Positions 18,006-27,316 of a stretch of 64,000 nucleotides of DNA are shown in pieces (position 1 is the stretch's first letter; every line of letters begins with the position of its first letter). Where the stretch lies: the NCBI GenBank assembly GCA_964543375.1, contig CAZIYD010000001.1:6527-70526 (forward strand), written 5' to 3'. The notes under the pieces were generated by a model. The model saw nothing but the letters and a program-made list of their open reading frames with translations, was not told the origin of the DNA and made no database searches. This stretch comes from an uncultured Muribaculaceae bacterium. Its GTDB lineage: Bacteria; Bacillota_I; Bacilli_A; RF39; UBA660. The position numbers and the translations under genes are program-made.

Positions 18006-19265
18006 ATGGGACAAATATTAATAAAAAAAGAAAGTTTAGTTACACTAAAGGGTACTTTAGAGACTTTAAAAGGTGAATTTAATACCTCTATAACTGATAT
18101 TAAAACAAATTTATTAAATATTTCTAATAACTGGGAAGGAAAAAAAGCAGATGAAACATTATATGTTATAGAAACTTTAAACAAAACTAATTCTGATTTA
18201 TTAATAAGAATAAATGAAAACATAGAATATATAGAAAGTGTAATATCAACTTTAGATAAAGTTGAAAGTGTTGAGGTGGAAACAAAACCGGTTGAAACCC
18301 CTTTACCAACGGCATCTCCAACCCCCACACCAACTATGGTGCCAACCGCAATTCCAACAGCAAGTCCTAGTGACACAGCAACCATAGATAATATTCCTGT
18401 TATATCTCCAACACAACCACCGCCTTCTTCTATTGATTCAAATCAAAAATTAATTAACAATATAAAAGATTTGGAAACTACGGGTAACTATAGTAGATTA
18501 ATAAATTATCAAGGAGCAAACTGGAACTTTTTTACTATGAAAGATCCCGAATGGGCTAATCTTCCATATAGCAGGGGTAATAGTCACGGGTGGAAGACAA
18601 TTGCAACAAACGGAACACATCCATTTGCCGGTATTAACGCATTAACAAACTCTGGAAATTATTATGTTGGAGATAAGAAAACAGTTATGATGGACATTGC
18701 CGCTGGATTTGGAAACATAAAGGATATAGATCCTACCACCGGAAGAACAAAACTATATACTAACGGTTTTAAGGAAATACAAAATACAGGAGGAAAAACA
18801 GGTGGATTAGGTTCAAATAGAAAATTTCACTCATTAATTAAAGATGCGGGAATTCAAACCTATGATTTAGGTTCAAATATTCAAAATGCGGCCAAAGAAT
18901 TAGAAAGTGGAAATCTAGTTCACTGTATAAGTCAAAACAATAGCAGTATAGCGCCTTCTGGACATTATATGGTAATGACAGGAATTGAAAAAGATAATAA
19001 AGGTAATACAACTGGTTTTTATTTGTTAGATAGCTTATCTCGAACTCAAGAAGACTACAATAATATGAAAAATCAAAATAAATCTCCTATATCTTCAAAT
19101 TGGTTGGGAACAATAGATGTAATTGAACCAGGATTAATAAGAATAGAAAACACCCCCGAAGCATTAGCCGGTGCAAAACTAGCGTCATTTAGATCTGGCG
19201 AAGGATTAAAGAGTAATACAAAAACGATTTTTTCTTATGAAGAATACATATCAAAAAAGAAATAA
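18006..19265 (+). CDS. WXG100-domain fusion protein, family 2 paralog 1 (419 aa): N-terminal WxG helical domain, PT-rich linker, C-terminal Cys/His putative peptidase-like domain
   Basis: NNWEGKKADE WxG motif at aa ~40. Linker PTASPTPTPTMVPTAIPTASP. C-terminal ..LVHCISQN...SGHYMVMTG. Confidence 0.55.
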   Translation: MGQILIKKESLVTLKGTLETLKGEFNTSITDIKTNLLNISNNWEGKKADETLYVIETLNKTNSDLLIRINENIEYIESVISTLDKVESVEVETKPVETPLPTASPTPTPTMVPTAIPTASPSDTATIDNIPVISPTQPPPSSIDSNQKLINNIKDLETTGNYSRLINYQGANWNFFTMKDPEWANLPYSRGNSHGWKTIATNGTHPFAGINALTNSGNYYVGDKKTVMMDIAAGFGNIKDIDPTTGRTKLYTNGFKEIQNTGGKTGGLGSNRKFHSLIKDAGIQTYDLGSNIQNAAKELESGNLVHCISQNNSSIAPSGHYMVMTGIEKDNKGNTTGFYLLDSLSRTQEDYNNMKNQNKSPISSNWLGTIDVIEPGLIRIENTPEALAGAKLASFRSGEGLKSNTKTIFSYEEYISKKK

Positions 19266-19306
19266 TTATTGACATAACATCAAAAAATGTTATAATTATT
19301 TTACTT

Positions 19307-19380
19307 GCGGATGTAGTTCAATGGTAGAATTTCAGCCTTCCAAGCTGACTACGTGGGTTCGATTCCCATCATCCGCTCCA
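19307..19380 (+). tRNA. tRNA-Gly (anticodon UCC)
   Basis: Cloverleaf: acceptor GCGGATG/CATCCGC, anticodon stem TCAGC/GCTGA, loop CTTCCAA, T-loop TTCGATT, encoded CCA. Confidence 0.9.
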
Positions 19381-19393
19381 TATATAAAATTTT

Positions 19394-19418
19394 AACAACT
19401 TTTAAAGTTGTTTTTTAT
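19394..19418 (+). terminator. Rho-independent terminator after tRNA-Gly
   Basis: aacaactt-tta-aagttgtt hairpin followed by tttttt. Confidence 0.55.
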
Positions 19419-19495
19419 TGTTTAAAAAAGTAAAGTTTTAATATTATAAAACTAATAAATATAATTGAACTTCATTATTTTTTGTTTTAAAAACA

Positions 19496-19504
19496 TGCTA
19501 TAAT
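19496..19504 (+). promoter_or_regulatory. Extended -10 promoter (TGcTATAAT) for 19530..20696, a duplicate of 17972..17980
   Basis: Nearly identical ~110-nt upstream region repeated. Confidence 0.4.
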
Positions 19505-19529
19505 ATAAAATATAGTAAGAGGTGATTCT

Positions 19530-20696
19530 ATGGGACAAATATTAATAAAAAAAGAAAGTTTAGGTACACTAAAGAGTGATTTAGAGACTTTAAAAGGTGA
19601 ATTTAATACTTCTATAACTGATATTAAAACTAATTTATTAAATATCTCTAATAATTGGAAAGGAAAAAAGGCAGATGAAACATTATCTGTTATAGAAACT
19701 TTAAATAAAACTAATTCTGATTTGTTAATAAGAATAGATGAAAACATAGAATATATACAAGAAGTAATAACAACTATAGATAAAGTTGAAAGTGTTGAAG
19801 TGGAGGTTAAACCAAAACCAACACAAGAACCAAAGATTAATTCCAATGGGTTAGACTCTATTCCATTAGTTAATCCAGTAATTGCCAAACCACTCGTTAA
19901 TGAAAATAGTTCTCAAATAAATCCTTCAAGTTATACAACTAAATATATGGATCACGTAATTGATAATCTTAAAAATGGTATTAGTCCTTTTACAAACGAA
20001 AATATGACTGAATTATCAAAGAATTATAATCAAACAGGAACCATAAGGGATAGAGGCACAGAATTCTTTAAAGAATCAGAACAAGCATTAAAACAGTTAC
20101 AAGATAGATTAAGAAGTGAAAAAGGAAACGACGGCAAACCTCTTTGGGGAACTCCAGCAGCAACAGAAGCAATAGTGCATTTCATGTTAAAAACAGGAAT
20201 TAAAATTCCTTCATATCCTACAAAAAAACAAGATACTGTCGGGAATTATAGATATCTAGGTTTAAATACGGGTTGGTTGGATAACAATAATGGTTTGGAT
20301 TGTAATAATCTTTCTGTTTGGCTTAATATTAACTCGGGAAGAATGCCAGAGGGGAAACACTTTTATGTGCCCAATCCTAATCAAAGTTCAATAAAATTAT
20401 ACCGCCCATCTCAAATAAGTCTACCTACGGGCGGAGAAGCAGGAGATCTAGTATCAAGAGAAAATCATGTTGGAACATACGTATTTGAAGATGAAGAATA
20501 CGTATATGTTATTGAGGCAGCAAATATAAGACAAAATGCTACTCCAGGAAGTCTTATTACTATGCTTCCTAAAGATGGTAAAAGTAGAGGATTGGGACCA
20601 AATTATGTGTTATATCCTAAAGCACACTTTAATTTTATTGTAAAAGAAGACGATATTTTTCTTGTAAATAATCCAGCATCTATACCAAGACCATAA
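19530..20696 (+). CDS. WXG100-domain fusion protein, family 2 paralog 2 (388 aa), with an NlpC/P60-like C-terminal domain
   Basis: N-terminal 95 aa ~90% identical to 18006..19265 (NNWKGKKADE). C-terminal GLDCNN...(55 aa)...GDLVSRENHVGTYV matches the NlpC/P60 Cys...His spacing and motifs. Confidence 0.55.
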   Translation: MGQILIKKESLGTLKSDLETLKGEFNTSITDIKTNLLNISNNWKGKKADETLSVIETLNKTNSDLLIRIDENIEYIQEVITTIDKVESVEVEVKPKPTQEPKINSNGLDSIPLVNPVIAKPLVNENSSQINPSSYTTKYMDHVIDNLKNGISPFTNENMTELSKNYNQTGTIRDRGTEFFKESEQALKQLQDRLRSEKGNDGKPLWGTPAATEAIVHFMLKTGIKIPSYPTKKQDTVGNYRYLGLNTGWLDNNNGLDCNNLSVWLNINSGRMPEGKHFYVPNPNQSSIKLYRPSQISLPTGGEAGDLVSRENHVGTYVFEDEEYVYVIEAANIRQNATPGSLITMLPKDGKSRGLGPNYVLYPKAHFNFIVKEDDIFLVNNPASIPRP

Positions 20697-20736
20697 AAAA
20701 AACAGGCTAGTTATATTAATTAACAAATCTGTTTTT

Positions 20737-21126
20737 TTATTTTATTTCTTTATATATATCAGTCTTTTCTATATAATTCTTATTTAAAGCATCTTTTATT
20801 TCTTTTTTCATGTCTTCACTAAAGCCCGCAAATACATGTTTACCTATTACTAGATATGGTACATATTTAGGTGTGTCATTTAAAAAACTTGTAAAGCGTC
20901 CTAATAATCCTGCATTTTCAACATTATACCAAACTTCAAATGTATATAAATTTATTTTTGATTTATATGTCTCTTCCAAACTATCAAAGAACTCTTTCAT
21001 GTGGTGACAATGTGGGCAACCATTTCCCCAAAACATATATATATTGATTTTATCATTTTCAAACTTTATATCATTTTTATTCATATCTTCTAACATATTT
21101 ACCTCCTTATATTTATATGTTATCAC
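20737..21126 (-). CDS. Thioredoxin-fold protein (CPHC)
   Basis: WGNGCPHCHHMKEFF redox motif. Confidence 0.6.
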   Translation of the reverse strand: MITYKYKEVNMLEDMNKNDIKFENDKINIYMFWGNGCPHCHHMKEFFDSLEETYKSKINLYTFEVWYNVENAGLLGRFTSFLNDTPKYVPYLVIGKHVFAGFSEDMKKEIKDALNKNYIEKTDIYKEIK

Positions 21127-21269
21127 ATAATCTTTGCTTTTTAAATATATTTATTATTATACAGATTTATTTATATTAATAAAAATTAGTTTTACCAACA
21201 CTTTTTTACTAACTACTAAAAGGTTTGTGTTTTTTTTCTAATGTGTTATTATATGAACAAGGAGGAAGA

Positions 21270-22163
21270 ATGAAAAAAACATTACTTATATTAGCGGGTG
21301 GTATGGGAAGCAGGTTTGGAGGATTAAAACAAATAGAACCTATAGGTCCTAATGGAGAGTTTATACTTCATTACTCAGTTTATGACGCTATAAAGTCTGG
21401 CTTTAATAAAATTATATTTATAATAAAAGAAGAAAACTTTGAACTATTCAAGGAAAAGGTCGGTAACGATATAGAAAAACTCGTAGAGGTTCACTATGTG
21501 TTTCAAAAAAATGACAATATAACAAATCAAGTGGATATTCCAGAGAGCAGAGAAAAACCTTTAGGAACAGGTCATGCAATATACTGTGCAAAAGATATAA
21601 TAAATGAGAATTTTGTAATTATAAATGCTGATGATTTTTATGGTAGAGAATCTTATGAGATATTAAGCAAGTTTATGGATGATTCAAAAGATAACTTTGC
21701 AATTGCGGGTTATGTATTAGGAAATACAATAACCGAGAGTGGTTCTGTAAAAAGAGGTGTCTGTGTAAGAGATAACGAAAAACTTATAGAATTAATTGAA
21801 AGTAAAATTGAGAAAGTAGAAAATGGTTATAAAGCTAATGCTTTAGTTGATAATAGAGAAATCAACGTTGATTTTGATACTCTAGTTTCTATGAATATGA
21901 TATCTTTCACACCTAAAATATTAGATTATATGGAAAAAAATATAAGAAATTTCTTTAAAAACAATATGAATAAAATTGATACCGTAGAATATCTTATACC
22001 AGAAGTAATGAATGAAATGCTGCAAAAAGGAGATATCAATATATCTGTATTAAGAACAAATGCAAAATGGATCGGAATGACTTATAAAGAAGATAAAGAA
22101 ATTGTTGTTAATGAAATAAAGAAATTAATAGAAGATGGAGTATATCCAGAGAAAATATTTTAA
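21270..22163 (+). CDS. NTP_transferase-family sugar-phosphate nucleotidyltransferase
   Basis: LILAGGMGSRFGGLK signature. Start MKKTLLIL with RBS AAGGAGGAAG. Confidence 0.65.
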   Translation: MKKTLLILAGGMGSRFGGLKQIEPIGPNGEFILHYSVYDAIKSGFNKIIFIIKEENFELFKEKVGNDIEKLVEVHYVFQKNDNITNQVDIPESREKPLGTGHAIYCAKDIINENFVIINADDFYGRESYEILSKFMDDSKDNFAIAGYVLGNTITESGSVKRGVCVRDNEKLIELIESKIEKVENGYKANALVDNREINVDFDTLVSMNMISFTPKILDYMEKNIRNFFKNNMNKIDTVEYLIPEVMNEMLQKGDINISVLRTNAKWIGMTYKEDKEIVVNEIKKLIEDGVYPEKIF

Positions 22164-22196
22164 AAGAAGTTTATATTATTAAACTTCTTTTTTTAA
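22164..22196. terminator. Bidirectional terminator between convergent genes
   Basis: aaagaagttt-atattatt-aaacttcttt hairpin plus a T-run. Confidence 0.5.
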
Positions 22197-24158
22197 ACTT
22201 ATATATCCATAATTTTTGGTTTTGTATTTATTTATAATTTTGATTATTTCATCTATAGATAAATCTCCAACATCTATTTCAAAAAAATACCCACCATTAA
22301 ATATCTCTTGATAGTTTTCATTACTAAATTCAATATCATAAAAATCCTTATGTGTAACATTTTTTATATCACCATATATTGTTCTATCTAAATCAAGAAA
22401 TTTCTTTGATACATTCTTATCAGGTCCCATTAAAACAAAATTAATGCTCTTTTCTTTTTTATAACCATTTAATTTATCTAAAATAATATTATATATTTCT
22501 TTTTCACTAATATTTATTAATTTAGAACACTCCTTTAAACCAATTAAAGCAATTCCATAAACACCATTTTTAATTGACTTTTTTACTTTTTCTAAAGGCT
22601 TAAATCCTTTAGAATCCATATATAAACTCTCCCCCATTATAAAAGGAAATTCATTAGTTTTTTTATTTGCTTGTATATCAAATCTTTCATATAGCTGCTC
22701 TATTGTTAAATCAACTAAAGTAGATAAATCTTTTAAAAAATCTTCTTTTGTTTCTTCTTGTTTAACATTTTTTATAGCTATCCTTGTAAGATTTAAATAT
22801 GTTTTAGAGTTTAATCCTCTTCCAACAGGATCAACAAAATCCTGATTAATGTTTTCTAAAATTCTTGTACCATCTTTAAAATAAAATACGTCTTCTTGTT
22901 TTGAATTATTAAATGTTGAATTTAGAAATGAAAACGAGATATTGTTTCCTTCATATATTTTGCTAATTGCTAAATCAAGCAAATCAAAATTAGGATCTTT
23001 TTCTGCTGCATTTATTCCGTCTTTTATTTTAAATACAGTATCATAACAAATATTCTTGTCTATAGAATTTAAATAAGATTGTGTGATTATTTTTCCTTCT
23101 AACGACGTATCTGTTCCAATGTTTACTGTTATAATTCTTTTTTTATTTCCTATTTTATAATTTGATGTATGTAAAAAATTATATATGTTTTTATAAACTA
23201 TCTCTTTTGTGGAACTAACAGCTTTAGAATATGCTTTATCTAAAATGCTTTTTATTTGTTCAACATCTTTAGAATACTTATATAGAAGGTCCATATCAAA
23301 GTTCATAGATTCTATTTTGTTTATTTCTTTTGATATAGAATCAAAATCCAAGAAATTTGAAAAACCACTTAAATCTAAAAAGTCTAATATTTTATTTTTA
23401 AATTCATCCTTAAATGTATTTGTCACAAATGGAGATAAATAATTATCAAAATTAGGAAGACCTAGATTTCCACTTATATCTTCCAAGGATTTTCTTATTA
23501 TTAAAGACATAAAAGATAATGATGACGATACGTCATATGACTGTTTATACTCTATTTCATCTAAATAAAATCCCTTTTCTAAAACTTTATTAAATGGAAT
23601 TACAAAAGATTCAATTGTTCCCATAGGAACATACTCCAAATCATTTATATATATTTGACCACTTTCATTTAAGCCATTAAATTTACTATCTATAAAATAG
23701 GCGTTAGCTATTTCTTCTGATATGGTTTTTCCATAATTGAACATTGTATCCATTTTTGTTTCTTTTGTTTTTTTTACCCAGTCCTGTTTTAAAGTTATTT
23801 TTTCTATTGCTTTTAATAGTTTATGCTGTTTGGGTTCTGATAAAAACATCCTTCTTGATTCTGTTCTTTTATCTCTATAATTAGAAAAAGACTCATAAAC
23901 ATCTTGATATTCCAACCTTAATAATTGCTTTTCTATAATATCTTGTATATCTTCTACTTTTATATATGGTTTTTCAAAATAATTATCGAAAATATCATCA
24001 AGTACTGTCATATATACTTTGTTTATATCTTCTTCACTATATTTTTCTATAAATTCTTCTCTACTATCAAAAGATTTCTTTATTGCGATGGCTATTTTTT
24101 CGCCATTAAAATCAACTTTCTTGTTGTCTCTTTTTAATACTTTTAAACCATCGTTCAT
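22179..24158 (-). CDS. ATP-cone domain protein with an RNR-like large domain. No glycyl-radical or catalytic-Cys motifs are recognisable.
   Basis: N-terminal VLKRDNKKVDFNGEKIAIAIKKSF...VEDIQDIIEKQL matches the ATP-cone. The remaining ~560 aa contain only 2 Cys and no RVCGY-type motif. Confidence 0.35.
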   Translation of the reverse strand: MNDGLKVLKRDNKKVDFNGEKIAIAIKKSFDSREEFIEKYSEEDINKVYMTVLDDIFDNYFEKPYIKVEDIQDIIEKQLLRLEYQDVYESFSNYRDKRTESRRMFLSEPKQHKLLKAIEKITLKQDWVKKTKETKMDTMFNYGKTISEEIANAYFIDSKFNGLNESGQIYINDLEYVPMGTIESFVIPFNKVLEKGFYLDEIEYKQSYDVSSSLSFMSLIIRKSLEDISGNLGLPNFDNYLSPFVTNTFKDEFKNKILDFLDLSGFSNFLDFDSISKEINKIESMNFDMDLLYKYSKDVEQIKSILDKAYSKAVSSTKEIVYKNIYNFLHTSNYKIGNKKRIITVNIGTDTSLEGKIITQSYLNSIDKNICYDTVFKIKDGINAAEKDPNFDLLDLAISKIYEGNNISFSFLNSTFNNSKQEDVFYFKDGTRILENINQDFVDPVGRGLNSKTYLNLTRIAIKNVKQEETKEDFLKDLSTLVDLTIEQLYERFDIQANKKTNEFPFIMGESLYMDSKGFKPLEKVKKSIKNGVYGIALIGLKECSKLINISEKEIYNIILDKLNGYKKEKSINFVLMGPDKNVSKKFLDLDRTIYGDIKNVTHKDFYDIEFSNENYQEIFNGGYFFEIDVGDLSIDEIIKIINKYKTKNYGYISLKKEV

Positions 24159-24179
24159 AATACCTCCTCCCCAAACAAA

Positions 24180-25265
24180 CTAGTTACTATTTTCTAAAGT
24201 TAAAGTATAATCTTTTATTTTGTTATCTCTGAAAATAGATATTGTAAGTTTATCTCCTGGTTTATATTTGTATAGCTCATATCTTAACTCAGCTTTATTC
24301 GATATTTCATTCTTTCCAACCCTTAATATAACATCTCCTCTTTTTAGTTCCACTTTTTCTGCTGGAGAGTTCTTACTTATATTTACTATTACAACGCCCT
24401 TTTCTATATTTTCGTCAAGAATTATACCTTGTAAAAATAAAGCATACGTTTCTGAAACATCTAACATCTCTATTCCTATAAAAGGCCTAGAAATCTTTTT
24501 GCCCATTTCTAAATCTTCCACATAATGCATTGCGTCTTCTATTGGAATTGCAAATCCCATACCTTCAACTTCACTTTTAACCAACTTTAAAGAAGTAATT
24601 CCAATTACTTGGCCAGCAACGTTTATTAAAGGTCCTCCACTATTTCCAGGATTTATTGCAGCATCCGTTTGTAAAACTCTAACTATATAGTCACTAGTTC
24701 CTGTTCCGCTCAAGCTGACAGAAAGCATTCTATCTTTACCAGATAATATACCCCTTGTTACGGTTCCACTATAATCACTACCCATAGGTGCTCCAATTGT
24801 TATAACTGTATTCCCTAATTTTGAATCTTTACTATTTCCTAGTTCTGCTACCTTTTTTACATATTTTAAATCAATTGATAAAACTGCAATGTCCGATAAA
24901 TCATCTTTACCTAATATTTTTGCATCTATTGATTTATTATCAGAAAGAATTACTTTTACACTATTTCCAGTACTTATTACATGACTGTTAGTCATTATGT
25001 AACCTTTATCATTATCTTTTTTATAAATAAAACCTGTTCCTGTTCCAACTTTTTTTCCATTGTTAAAAGATTCAACAACCACAACAGCATCATAAACTTT
25101 ATCTATTGCAAGTTCTATAGCTGTATCTTCTATTTTATAATTATTCATAGTTTCTGTTATGGTTTTTGTTTTTAATGGGTAATTTACTACAATTATATAC
25201 ATAGTTAGTATACCCAAAAAGAACACTATAATTGGTAATATTATTCTTGATATTTTATTATTCAT
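24180..25265 (-). CDS. htrA: HtrA/DegP-family serine protease with a PDZ domain
   Basis: Active-site blocks around TNSHVI (His), the D of DIAVL, and GNSGGPL (Ser). N-terminal transmembrane anchor. Start MNNKISR with RBS AGGAGGA. Confidence 0.85.
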   Translation of the reverse strand: MNNKISRIILPIIVFFLGILTMYIIVVNYPLKTKTITETMNNYKIEDTAIELAIDKVYDAVVVVESFNNGKKVGTGTGFIYKKDNDKGYIMTNSHVISTGNSVKVILSDNKSIDAKILGKDDLSDIAVLSIDLKYVKKVAELGNSKDSKLGNTVITIGAPMGSDYSGTVTRGILSGKDRMLSVSLSGTGTSDYIVRVLQTDAAINPGNSGGPLINVAGQVIGITSLKLVKSEVEGMGFAIPIEDAMHYVEDLEMGKKISRPFIGIEMLDVSETYALFLQGIILDENIEKGVVIVNISKNSPAEKVELKRGDVILRVGKNEISNKAELRYELYKYKPGDKLTISIFRDNKIKDYTLTLENSN

Positions 25266-25273
25266 ATTTCCTC

Positions 25274-26206
25274 CTAATCTTCTAAAAGATCTCTCCAATT
25301 GTCTACAAAGCCAATTCTATGTAATATTTTTGAAAGTGGAATAGATGATACCTTTCCATCTAATAAGTCTATCTCATAACCAAGCTCATATAACAATAAT
25401 CTAAATTCTTCTTCAGTAAGTAAATGTTTCATTACTATAATTATAGAGAAAAAATCGTTTTTTCCATATACATACTTATCATCAACTTTAGGAATGTTTA
25501 AAAATTCATGATACTTTGTATCTGGAATATCCCTTTGTGTCTTGTGATCGTATAATATATCCTCATGAGCACATAAATTTCTATAATTTGCGGTTACTGA
25601 TAGAAAAATATCCAAAACATCAGGTTTTATTCCATAGTAATTTGCAATTTCAGTCTTATCCTCATCTTTTAATATAGAAAAAAGTTCACTTATTATACCA
25701 AAAGATAAAACTTTAACCAGTATCCACATCGGTATATAGCCATAGTTGGTTATATAGTGTAAGGTAGCACTGTGTTGCTTACTATTAATTTTTATTTGTC
25801 TTTTCATTTTTCCAAGAACATCGTTAACCCTTTTTGATTTTAATGAATCTCTATTGAAATTAGTAAATCTTAAGTAGTCTTTCTCTTTTATCCCATATTT
25901 TTTAGACAATATATAACTCATTACTGACTTTATATTGTTTTCTACTATAAGAATGTTCTTAAACATTATATTTCTAATATTCCTATCAAATAAGAAAAAT
26001 CCATATAGTTCTTCAAAAGTTGTTCCATCTATAAAAGTTCTATCTTCTTGAGATTTAAAAAAAATATATCTATAACCATTTATAAAAAAATAGTTTTCTC
26101 TAAATAGTATCTTTTTTACTTTTTCTTCGTTTGATATAATTAAACCCTTGCTCTTTAGTATATCTATTTGTTGTTCTAAAGTCTTAAATTCTTTTTTAAA
26201 TGCCAT
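25274..26206 (-). CDS. Abi_2 (AbiD/AbiF-like) abortive-infection family protein
   Basis: 310 aa with the ..TANYRNLCAHEDILYD.. block typical of Abi_2. Basic, AT-rich ORF. Confidence 0.5.
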   Translation of the reverse strand: MAFKKEFKTLEQQIDILKSKGLIISNEEKVKKILFRENYFFINGYRYIFFKSQEDRTFIDGTTFEELYGFFLFDRNIRNIMFKNILIVENNIKSVMSYILSKKYGIKEKDYLRFTNFNRDSLKSKRVNDVLGKMKRQIKINSKQHSATLHYITNYGYIPMWILVKVLSFGIISELFSILKDEDKTEIANYYGIKPDVLDIFLSVTANYRNLCAHEDILYDHKTQRDIPDTKYHEFLNIPKVDDKYVYGKNDFFSIIIVMKHLLTEEEFRLLLYELGYEIDLLDGKVSSIPLSKILHRIGFVDNWRDLLED

Positions 26207-26301
26207 ATTATCACCATTAAAATTATATCATAAAAATTAGTTTTTTAGTATAGAAGACATTTTATTTTTATGTGATGACAAAAAGATTTATTTATATTTA
26301 A

Positions 26302-26334
26302 AAAAATTAAAACTGATTGTATAATCAGTTTTAT
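26302..26334 (-). terminator. Rho-independent terminator after rpsI
   Basis: aaaactgatt-gtat-aatcagtttt hairpin with flanking A-run and T-run. Confidence 0.6.
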
Positions 26335-26336
26335 TA

Positions 26337-26753
26337 TTAACGTTTACTAAATTGTGGTGCTTTACGAGCTTTTTTCAATCCGTATTTCTTACGTTCTTTT
26401 TTTCTAGAATCTCTTGTTACAAAACCATTTGCTTTTAATATTCTTCTAAATGAGGTTTCACTTTTTGGATCAGTATTTTTATCATATTCTAAAAGTGCTC
26501 TTGTTATACCCAAACGAATTGCACCAGTTTGACCAGAGAAACCACCACCTTGTGCATTTACTTCTATATCAAACTTATCTCTAGTATTTGTTACATCCAA
26601 AGGTTGACACAAATCTAAAACCAAAGTTGGGAATGGTAAATATTCATTCATATCCTTACCATTTATCGTAATTTTTCCTTTTCCAGAAGTCATTCTTACT
26701 CTAGCTACTGATGATTTACGACGTCCAGTTCCTAAATATACTACATCTTTCAT
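26337..26753 (-). CDS. rpsI: 30S ribosomal protein S9
   Basis: [12 protein letters not shown]...[12 protein letters not shown]. Confidence 0.9.
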   Translation of the reverse strand: MKDVVYLGTGRRKSSVARVRMTSGKGKITINGKDMNEYLPFPTLVLDLCQPLDVTNTRDKFDIEVNAQGGGFSGQTGAIRLGITRALLEYDKNTDPKSETSFRRILKANGFVTRDSRKKERKKYGLKKARKAPQFSKR

Positions 26754-26756
26754 ATA

Positions 26757-27197
26757 TTATTCTCCTTGTTCAACTTTCAATTCTTTTGGTTGTTGTGCTT
26801 GGTGTTTATGTTCATTTCCTTCGTAAACAAATAGTTTATCTAACATTTGTCTACCAAGTCTTCCTTTAGGAAGCATTCCTCTAACCGCGATTTCTATCAT
26901 TTCTATTGGGTATCTGTCTCTCATTGTTCTAGCATTTCTAGTTCTAAGGCCTCCTGGATAACCACTGTGATTATAATATAATTTATCATCAAGTTTTTTT
27001 CCTGTTAATTCAACTTTTGAAGCATTTAAAACTATTACATTATCTCCACCATCTATATGTGGAGTATATGTTGGTTTGTTTTTACCACTTAGTATGATTG
27101 CGATTTTGCTAGCTAGTCTTCCTAAAGGAATACCACTTGCATCCACTACATACCAAGATCTTTTAACGTCTTCTTTTCTTTGCATAAAAGTTTTCAT
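26757..27197 (-). CDS. rplM: 50S ribosomal protein L13
   Basis: [11 protein letters not shown]...[10 protein letters not shown] block. ATG at 27197 preferred over TTG at 27218. Confidence 0.9.
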   Translation of the reverse strand: MKTFMQRKEDVKRSWYVVDASGIPLGRLASKIAIILSGKNKPTYTPHIDGGDNVIVLNASKVELTGKKLDDKLYYNHSGYPGGLRTRNARTMRDRYPIEMIEIAVRGMLPKGRLGRQMLDKLFVYEGNEHKHQAQQPKELKVEQGE

Positions 27198-27316
27198 AAT
27201 ATTTTTCCCTTTCTTCAAATTAAGTTTCTTCGGAAAACTTAAAATGGGATTTAAATGTACCGAGTATGATTTTACTAAAAAAGATGATAAATGTCAACAT
27301 TAATCACCTTTTTTTA

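Noticed and set aside
17963-18385. 140-aa minus-strand ORF, and its paralog at 19487..19888
   Set aside because: Both are antisense to the duplicated 5' portions of the WXG-fusion genes. Low-complexity, no RBS; they are paralogous only because the sense genes are duplicated.
20697-20736. Possible terminator aaacag...(24-nt loop)...ctgttt between convergent genes
   Set aside because: The stem is short with an oversized loop. Not convincing as an intrinsic terminator, although T-runs flank it.
22179-24158. Annotation as anaerobic ribonucleotide reductase NrdD
   Set aside because: The ATP-cone is present, but the glycyl-radical motif, active-site cysteines and C-terminal Zn-ribbon are absent. 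Only 2 Cys in 659 aa.
27219-27316. Hairpin aagtttcttcggaaaactt in the rplM 5' region, possibly an L13 leader
   Set aside because: Imperfect stem and no following U-run. Cannot be distinguished from a chance AT-rich structure without a covariance model.
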